Shown here piece by piece: positions 51,767 to 61,232 of a stretch of DNA of 64,000 nt. The position numbers and the translations under genes are program-made. The stretch comes from Antedon mediterranea (lineage: Eukaryota; Animalia; Echinodermata): the NCBI RefSeq assembly GCF_964355755.1, contig NC_092678.1:17687365-17751364 (forward strand), in the 5' to 3' direction. The first letter of the stretch is position 1; each line of letters begins with the position of its first letter. Under the pieces are notes generated by a model that saw only the letters and a list, made by a program, of their open reading frames with translations, was not told the origin of the DNA and did no database searches.

Positions 51767-54346
51767 AATTACAATGTTTTATCTAGATTAACTGTAATCA
51801 TGTTGTACTTTCCATATCATATGATTTCTCGTATTATCATTATTTGCATGTTTTAGCTGTTTTTCATATGATTTCTAGATGTATTTCAATATCTACTATA
51901 CAATACAACCGTTAAATGACGATGATCCATGTATTCTGCTATATTTTTATTTTTCATTATGGCCGCCGATGGTGCTACAGTAACTGAATTAAAGAGACAA
52001 AACAATGCCAAAATAGAAAAACTCAAAAAGAGCAAAAAGAAAGATATTACATTTGAACGTATTAAGCATGAAACAGACATATTTCATAGAAGTATTAATT
52101 CCTAAAACAAAATAATTGTTTTTATGTTTAACTCTATGCCTAATAGAGTTAAACTGACGTTTTTATGAGATGAAGATATATACTATTTGTTCCACGTGCA
52201 CAATAAGCTTATAAAACTATTGCAGATTATACGTGAATCGGACCGGTGACGAGTCGGTGACAAACCGAACGGATCATCCAGGAGTTCTGAAACGTCTGGC
52301 CAAGTGCGCTCTCTTTGCGCAGTATTATACGGAGGCGTGTCTATTTTTGTTTTCGTATCTAATTTTGGCTTTAAAAACATGTCAGCCCAAAATAATCGCT
52401 ACCCCTGGATCCGCCCCGTCGGAATATTGTCGATATAAAATGATGGAGGTTCAGACGTTCTGTGGTAGGCCTACATTTAAATTGTATTATTTGTATTCCC
52501 TCTTTAAACTTCATCTTAATTTAAATAAAATAATATCAATTAAGTAATATTGTTTACTTAGAAGTGTGCCAGTTATTCAGCACTGAAGAAAACAAAATCA
52601 GAAAAATGTAAACACATGTTACCAGGTTTTTTTAAAACATTAATAAAGCTAAGTGTGTTAATTAATGACATGTAAAGAACATTTTAGCATGAGGAAGTGA
52701 AAATATGGAGGGAAAGAAAACATAAAGTGTAGACACATATATCACCTCACAAGCAATCTATTGCTGACCCAGTGTGAAGCCAGAAATCAAGAGTTGTTCC
52801 TGCTCCCCAATTATTGTGGTCTCTTTATTTATAAAACTTGAAAAGCAGAAAAAAGAGGAGGAGGTGTATGTTTGTTTGTTGGCAGTCTATAACGCTGGTT
52901 CAGATTTTAAGTTAAGTTTATCTTACGGACGGATAACGCTAATAATGTACGTACCACCACATTAGGTAACCGATGCGCCCTCATTATGACGTTTTTTATA
53001 AGAGAAATTTACAAACCATGTGTTGCGCGTGCGAATAAAGAACAAGTGCAGCTATTCCACCTTACGGAGGGAAAGATAACCAATGCCTCTCATAATAACA
53101 TTATTTTTCATTTTAATAATATTTACTAATAATGTTAATAACAACTAGATTTGAACTCGTAACTATGGACGAGTTTGGTTATCCGCAGCGAAAATGCCAC
53201 GTGTACGTCATACTTTAGAATATTGCGCACAGAAAAACGATTATGCCATTGAAAAAATGTTAGTGTGCTCTCTATTATATGTCACGTCTAAGTATATAGA
53301 GTATACACTATATATCTGTATACGTACTACATACAGTGCAGAATAGGTGAAAATACCGGGACCCGCATTTTCATCCAATTTTTACCATGATGATGTCTTC
53401 AAAATGAAACACGTAGACAGCAATTTTGGAAGGAAATTATCCGAGCAACAACATATCAACGTGTTGAATAAATTTGGATACGTAGAATACGGAAGCGCGC
53501 TCTTTTAAATGTCATGAACTATGACGCCAAATATGAAATGACTACTGTTATAATTGAACTGGCCATATGATGACGTCACAACATTCGATTCGCATAATTT
53601 GTACATGAATTCATATTGTACAATTCAACAGCTTCCAGAAAACGTTTTAATCATGAGTATCACTTTTTATTCTGAGGAGCTATAATAAATTTAAATTTAT
53701 TGGAATGATGAAAAAAAGTAACCAAAGTTATTCACGCTTTTGAACATGATGAAGTCATAACAATTTTAAAAATGGTAAATCATGCGAAAGATAATTGATT
53801 GACTTAGACAATATAAACATATGGGGGAAAATGGAATATGGATAAGTGGAGATGCGCTCTATTAAATGTGATGAGCTATGACAAAAGAGACAAAAATCCT
53901 ATATTTTATATTCGAGTGGCCATACGATGACGTCACAATGTCTAGTTAGCCATATTGATACATGATCCGATATCAACAACTCATCTACTTCCAGAATATG
54001 TAAAAAAAAAACTTCACCATGTAGTTTAGAAACTATGACTGTTTAAAAAAAGTCATCATTTTGACGATTTTTTTTACTTTTTCATAAAAAACGGGCGCAA
54101 ATTGTCCAATTCGACGTGCTCGTATGACGTGATTTTAATTCGAAATTATTTGAAAGCTGGGAAAATTACTAGAAAAGGCTGGAAAAACATAAATCACGCG
54201 AAAAAAATAACATTTACTAATAATGATAATAATAATTATAGGAATAGGGCAAAGGGTAAAACATAAAATGATGTGACAATAAGTGTGGTTATATTACAAC
54301 GAAAATATACTATTTTCAAAAGTATGATAAACAAGAGCAAACACTC

Positions 54347-54418
54347 AGTTCTGTCAATGATGTCAAAACATCAAACACATTTGCTGTTAATGTAGTTATT
54401 TGGTTATTGTACAAGTAC
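54347..54418 (-). pseudogene. Full-length LRR cassette with deleted donor GT (YLYNNQITTLTANVFDVLTSLTEL)
   Basis: 72 bp, open frame, intact acceptor. It is followed by GAGTG instead of GTGAGTG. Confidence 0.8.
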
Positions 54419-55434
54419 CTGAAAACCGTGAAAAAATTCAATAAAGAAGTACAGTATATATACAGTACCAAAGAATAGTACGATAAAAATTATCTATTTA
54501 TTAATTTAGAAATACTTTCCATATCATATGATTTCTGGATGTAGATGTGTTCTGCTATATTTTTACGTTTGATATAACATGATAGAGGTTCAGACGTTCT
54601 GTGGTATATTTATTATTGTTTTATTTGTATGTTCCCGGTAAACTTCATCTTAATTTCAAATATAATATTATCAATAAAGTAATATTGTTTACTTAAGCGT
54701 GGTTCCCACTAGAACGCAACGCAACGTATCGACGCAAACTGCTGTATTGCGTAATCACAAGTGGGAACCGACGACGCTACAATAGACAGGTTCCATTTCT
54801 CAAAAAACGGCCTAGAAAACGGATCAAGAAGCATTTTTGGGTAGAAGCTGGGATCCACTTGATTTAGGATATTTCGACCTCGCTGATTACGAATATGGCG
54901 GATCCCAAGCGAAATTCGGCCATCTAAGCCCTTAATTTGCATAATTAAAAATGGCGGCCATTTTTTATAATTACCCTATATCTCGAGAACCACTAGTCAC
55001 AGGTAATTAATTTTGGTCTCAAAATGTTTTAAATATATGTTTTTATATTCACTTTAATGACACATTTTCTCAAAAAATGGATGCAAGTCTTATTTATGCC
55101 ATTTTGACCTTTGACCTTGATATATATTTATTATAATGAAATGTTTTTACAAAAAATGGCCGATTCTACAACTATTGACCTTTGAACTATTAGTCAAATA
55201 TAATAATATAATAATAATAAAACTTTGAAAATTGTGGTCTTATGAATTTTGTTTTCTTTTTAAATTGTTTAAAACATGTGTGTTTCTATCTAATGGCATA
55301 TTTTGTACAAGAATGGCCGATAGTATGGTTATTGACCTTTAAACTACAGCATAGGCCTACTGTATACTAAATATAATATAATTGCATAACTATGAAATTA
55401 TTTATACACAATAATAATTAGTAAAATTATAAAA

Positions 55435-55945
55435 TTCACTGCCATCAAATATGATGTGTTATGATTTATATAGATTAAAAAAAAATTGAACACGCAAGTT
55501 ACATTTGTTGAAATTTGAAATTACCTGCCATCAATATGATGGAGTATGATTATAGATTTTTTTAAATGTGAACATGTCAGCTACATTTGGAAATTACCTG
55601 CCATCAATATGATGGATTATGATTATAGATTTAAAAAAGAATTTGAACACGTAAGCTACATTTGAAAATTACCTGCCATCAATATGATGGATTATGATTA
55701 TAGATTTAAAAAAGAATTTGAACACGTCAGCTACATTTGGAAATTTGGAAATTTGGAAATTACCTGCCATCAATATGATGGATTATGATTGTATAGTACC
55801 TGCCATCAATATGATGGATTATGATTATAGATTTAAAAAAGAATTTGAACACGTAAGCTACATTTGAAAATTACCTGCCATCAATATTATGGATTATGAT
55901 TGTATAGATTTAAAAGAAAATGTGAACACGTAAGCTACATTTGGA
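55435..55945. repeat. ~60-70-bp minisatellite in the Academ arm, mirrored at about 57460-57965
   Basis: Repeated TTACCTGCCATCAATATGATGGATTATGATT with an internal palindrome CCATCA..TGATGG. Confidence 0.88.
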
Positions 55946-56495
55946 ATGAACATGTTAAGGGCATCAGTTAAGATCATTCATGCAAAGGTTTCCGTCATCT
56001 TTAGCGTTTTTACAGCGGCATAAAGCTGTACATGGTAGTTTTGACTTCTTGCACCTACATCTATTGGTTATGCATCGTGTCTTGTATCCACAATAAATCA
56101 TCTCTAACAAAGCAGTAGGAATAGCTTCATTTTTCAGAAGCACTGGTTGAAGTTTACCATTAGATAGCTCCCAACCAAAATCTGTTGGTGATGGCAAATG
56201 CTGGATTGGCGATACAGCTTTTTTCCATACGAGTGCTTGGAAGTGTGCTCTTTTTATATGTTGGTGCACTGCATCGCTTGTTGGAGGTAATGCGTCTGGT
56301 TTTGTCTGTTTTTTTTAAAGTCCGGACTTCATTGGTACTTTTAACTTGACCAACACCGTAAACGTAGCAAATGAATCTTTCCGATTTCATAATAACTTGG
56401 TCACTGATAGGTTTTCTCCCAGGTCTTTAATTAGTTCATAATGTTTTTTTAATACTTCCCATGCCGATGCCTTTGAGTGACCACTTAGATATGAG

Positions 56496-56550
56496 CAGGG
56501 AAGAGTTAAATTACTGTATGTATGTATTAATGTAATTGAACTCTTCCCTG
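56496..56550. mobile_element. 55-bp miniature hAT-like element
   Basis: 19-bp TIR CAGGGAAGAGTTAAATTAC with 1 mismatch. 8-bp TSD GATATGAG at 56488-56495 and 56551-56558. Confidence 0.88.
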
Positions 56551-58873
56551 GATATGAGGTAGTATCGCATCCACTAATGGTGTGGAATGGAATCAGTGCT
56601 TTTGCATAACCCTCGGGCAAGGCTTGAAAAATGTTTTTTATAGATACTTTCTTTTTTGGATGTCCCTGTCATCATCCATTTGGATACCATGCTTTGGTAG
56701 TGAGACACTAGAATCACTATTACGTCTGTATCATCCCTAGAAGCAACTACAACTGTGTCGTATCGGACATTGGCAGCATGACAAGTCTCGTGTCCGATTC
56801 TTCATGATCTGCGACCAGAGACAACGTATTATTTGTGTAGACTTTTGATGATTTAACAACTGATTCTTTCATAAATCCACCAGCTGTGACAATTTCTTTG
56901 TCTATAGGAGCTTGACGAATCAACTCCTCTGATAGAAATCGTGCCAGATCTGCTTTATTATCTTGTAATGCCAAAAAGTTTGGCAGCGGTATTTCACCAC
57001 TTTCTATAATTCGACGAATTGGTCTCTGTGTTTTGGTTCATCTTTGTCTGGTGGTGTCCTTTATCGACAGTTTTAAGTTAGGCATGCCATGTTAAAAAAA
57101 ACCAAAACCGGGCATTACCTCCAACAAGCGATGCAGTGCACCAGCATATTAAAAGAGCACACTTCCAAGCACTCGTACTGAAAACAGCTGTATCGCCAAT
57201 CCAGCATTTGCCATCACCAACAGATTTTGGTTGGGAGCTATCTAATGGTAAACTTCAACCAGTGCTTCTGAAAAATGAAGCTATTCCTACTGCTTCGTTA
57301 GAGATGATTTATTGTGAATGCAAGACACGATGCATAACCATATAGATGTAGGTGCAAGAAGTCAAAACTACCATGTACAGCTTTATGCTGCTGTAACCAC
57401 GCTAAAGATGACGGAAACCTTTGCATGAATGATCAAAACTGATGCCCTTAACATGTTCATTCCAAATGTAGCTTACGTGTTCACATTTTCTTTCAAACCT
57501 ATACAATCATAATCCATCATATTGATGGCAGGTAATTTCCAAATTTCCAAATGTAACTGACGTGTTCAAATTCTTTTTTAAATCTATAATCATAATCCAT
57601 CATATTGATGGCAGGTACTATACAATCATAATCCATCATATTGATGGCAGGTAATTTCCAAATTCCTGAATGTAGCTGACGTGTTCAAATTCTTTTTTAA
57701 ATCTACAATCATAATCCATCATATAGATGGCAGGTAATTTTCAAATGAAGCTTACGTGTTCAAATTCTTTTTTAAATCTATAATCATAATCCATCATATT
57801 GATGGCAGGTAATTTCCAAATGTAGCTGACATGTTCACATTTTTAAAAATCTATAATCATACTCCATCTTATTGATGGCAGGTAATTTCAAATTTCAAAT
57901 TTCAACAAATGTAACTTGCGTGTTCAATTTTTTTTTTAAATCTATATAAATCATAACACATCATAATAATTTTACTAATTATTATTGTGTATAAAATTTT
58001 CATAGTTATGCAATTATATTATATTCAGTATACAGTAGGCCTATGCTGTAGTTTAAAGGTCAATAACCATACTATCGGCCATTCTTGTACAAAATGTGCC
58101 ATTAGACTGGATAGAAACACACATGTTTTAAACAATTTAAAAAGAAAAAAAAATTCATAAGACCACAATTTTCAAAGTTATATTATTATTATATTATTAT
58201 ATTTGAATAATAGTTCAAAGGTCAATAGTTGTAGAATCGGCCATTTTTTGTAAAAACATTTCATTATAATAAATATGAATGTATAGTTTCTGAACAATTT
58301 GAGCCCTATTTCGTGTCTCTCCGATTATTGGTTACTGAGATACGATAAATCAAGGTCAAAGGTCAAAATGTCAGAAATAAGACTTGCATTCATTTTTTGA
58401 GAAAATGTGTCATTAAAGTGAATATAAACACATATATTTAAAACATTTTGAGACCAAAATTAATTATCTGTGACTAGTGGTTCTCGAGATATAGGGTAAT
58501 TATAAAAAATGGCCGCCATTTTTAATTATGCAAATTAAGGGCTTAGATGGCCGAATTTCGCTTGGGATCCGCCATATTCGTAATCAGTGAGGTCGAAATA
58601 TCCTAAATCAAGTGGATCCCAGCTTCTACCCAAAAATGCTTCTTACACCATATTTCAGAGGAAATAGAACTTGTCTACAATGCTGCAAAGCCGCAGGTTT
58701 GATTTCACGCAGGTTAGAGAAAACACAATTATCGGAAGGGCATTTTCTTACGCTGCGTAGGTTGCGTTACGTTGCGTCGCTAGAAGTTAGAAGAGTGCCA
58801 GTCATTCAGCACTGAAGAAAACAAAATAAGAAAAAATGTAAACACATGTTACCAGGTTTTTTTAAAACATTAA

Positions 58874-60452
58874 AGGGGGATTCTGGGTTTAAAATTGCTT
58901 TTAAATATCGTTTATTTATTAAATAAAAAATATTATAACAATATAGACATTTCAGAATGAAGAAGTAATAACGAGAAATTAAAAAAATAAAATTTCATAT
59001 ACATTTTAGGGTAAATTCATGAAAAGTCTGTTTTTTAGCAGCTTAGGGAAGCTCATTAATATTCATGAGATATTCACAAAATCACGTCACCAGTGGATTC
59101 CAAACTCGCGACGTCATGTACGTTGTGTTTGTCAACTAATTTACATCTCTCTCCCCTGTCAAACGACGACCACCATTGTGATCATTGTGAAATACATTTT
59201 TTGTAGATTTTCTAAGCTAGGCCTAAAGTGTAATAATAACAGTAGTAGCATTTATTTATTTGACATTTAATGAAATACAAAATTTAGTACAGATACGGAG
59301 TCATAAATTATACTATTTTTATACCTCTATAGTACAGATCGTATTATCGGCTTCACGTACAATACTACTCTAGGCCTAGCCTAATAATAATATGGGCGAG
59401 AGCCATTCTGACTAGGGATTCCATGCCACGATGGCTACGTTAAAACAATGGGGCCCATGGGCCTAGCTAGCCTACTAGGCCTACTAGACGATTGGCCCAT
59501 AAATAAAAAAACCCATCCTATCAACCAAACTCCTAAACAATCTAAACCTAAAACATTCTACAAAATCGGCTGTAAATATTGAAGCAAAACAAGGTCCGAT
59601 CGCCGTCCACACGTATGGTGTCCCGATCGTCTAAGTAGGCCTAAAATAAATAGGTTTAGTTTACTCTCCAAAAAAGCGGATACTCATGCATCAAGCAAGT
59701 AGACCAGGTAGTAGGAAGGAGACCTAGCCGATCCGGCCCAGTTAAAATTGAGCTAGCTAGTGTAGTAGACCCTATGCGAATTGATACTACCAGGCCTTTT
59801 ACTATAGGCTGCACTACACAAATATTCCAACTCTCTCATTCGAGCTATATTATCTATACCATTCCGGTAGGTCGAGTCGACCTTCAATCAAATACTGTAC
59901 ATCGTTCATGTTGTGATTATAGACGGGGTATACTCGACCCGACCAGTTTGGTATTGTTGTATCTGCTTATCACGTGACGATGCCAGGCATGGGCAGCGGA
60001 GAGCACGTGTATCGTCGTCTCGCTCGATCCTCAGCAGGAATGTACAGTATACGTTACGCTTCATTGATTTTGATTTTTCCCTAAGTCGGTGCGAAAATCG
60101 GCAAACGTAAAGTGCAAACATATCTAATTTTTCACTGTTTTGATGAATTTTCATAAAAAATTGACTTTATAAATGGGAAGACCGACTAAAATTACATCAG
60201 ATAAGTATACTTTTACAAAAGTAATTGATATGGTTTATGATAACGAGTCGTCGGAAGATGGACCATTTCACGAATTTCCTATTTTGTAACCACAGTGTGA
60301 TTTTGCCGTAGCTGCACTTGTAATCTGGCCTGATTTCACAGCCTTCGTTCTGCTTCACTGGGCGCTTATATAAATTGAAACTTTTACCGTTCAAGAGACA
60401 AACAAATATATTTTACATTTTTTACTATTCATTTTAAACCCGGAACCCCCCT
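58874..60452. mobile_element. Non-autonomous Kolobok-like element
   Basis: TIR AGGGGGATTCTGGGTTTAAAA/TTTTAAACCCGGAACCCCCCT and TTAA TSD. The empty site AAACATTAATAAAGC is near 52635. Confidence 0.88.
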
Positions 60453-61160
60453 TTAATAAAGCAAAGAGTGTTAATTAATGAGATGTAAAGCACATTTTAG
60501 CATGAGGAAGTGAAAATATGGAGGGAGAGAAAACATAAAGTGTAGACACAGATATCACCTCACAAGCAATCTATTGCTGACCCAGTGTGAAGGCCGAAAT
60601 CAAGAGTTGTTCCTGCTCCCCAATTTATTTATAAAACTTGAAAAGCAGAAAAAAGATGAGGAGGTGTATGTTTGTTTGTTGCCAGATGCCTATAACGCTG
60701 TTTCAGATTTTAAGTTAAGTTTATCTTACGGACGGATAACGCTAATAATGTACGTACCACAACATTAGGTAACCGATACGCCCCCATTATGATAAGTGCG
60801 AATAAAGAAAAAGTGCTATTCCACTGTACGGAGGGATAGCTACCCGATGCCTCTCATAATAATATTATTTTTCATTCAATAACATTTACTAATAATGATA
60901 ATAATAATTTACTTTAAAACAAACGAATACAAGTAGGTCTATCACTACACACAATACAACTACATACAGAAGCTTGTGTTAAAATAAAGGTTTATGGATC
61001 AATCATAATCAAACAAAAACGGTCATATTATATTATTTTAGTTTTGGATGAATATTCTGTCTTTGCAAAGAGTAATGAAATGATGTGACAAAAAGTGTGG
61101 TTATCTTACAACGAAAATATATTATTTTCAAAAGTATGATAAACAATAGAAAGCACTCAA

Positions 61161-61232
61161 AGTACTGTCAATGATGTCAAACCATCAAACACGTTTTCTG
61201 ATATTGTAGTTATTTGGTTATCATACAACCAC
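61161..61232 (-). pseudogene. Full-length LRR cassette with donor mutated GT->TT (WLYDNQITTISENVFDGLTSLTVL)
   Basis: 72 bp, open frame, intact ttttcag acceptor. It is followed by TTGAGTG, so read-through hits TGA immediately. Confidence 0.82.

Larger units (their letters stand above)
54783..58677. mobile_element. Foldback Academ derivative with decayed transposase, nested in a Harbinger-like MITE
   Basis: TAGACAGGTTCC...GAACTTGTCTA termini and TSD CAA. Arms at 54783-56293 and 57112-58677. Motifs DNKADLARFL, ADHEESDTRL, FHTISGCDTTS, QHIKRAHFQ..W and a C-terminal Cys cluster. Confidence 0.9.

Noticed and set aside
55435-55945. Palindromic repeat CCATCAATATGATGG with spacing reminiscent of CRISPR
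   Set aside because: The intervening sequences are also repeated. It is a minisatellite in a transposon arm.
59774-60154. ORFs inside the Kolobok-like element as a THAP or transposase gene
   Set aside because: No C2CH THAP or DDE motif could be read, so the element is treated as non-autonomous.
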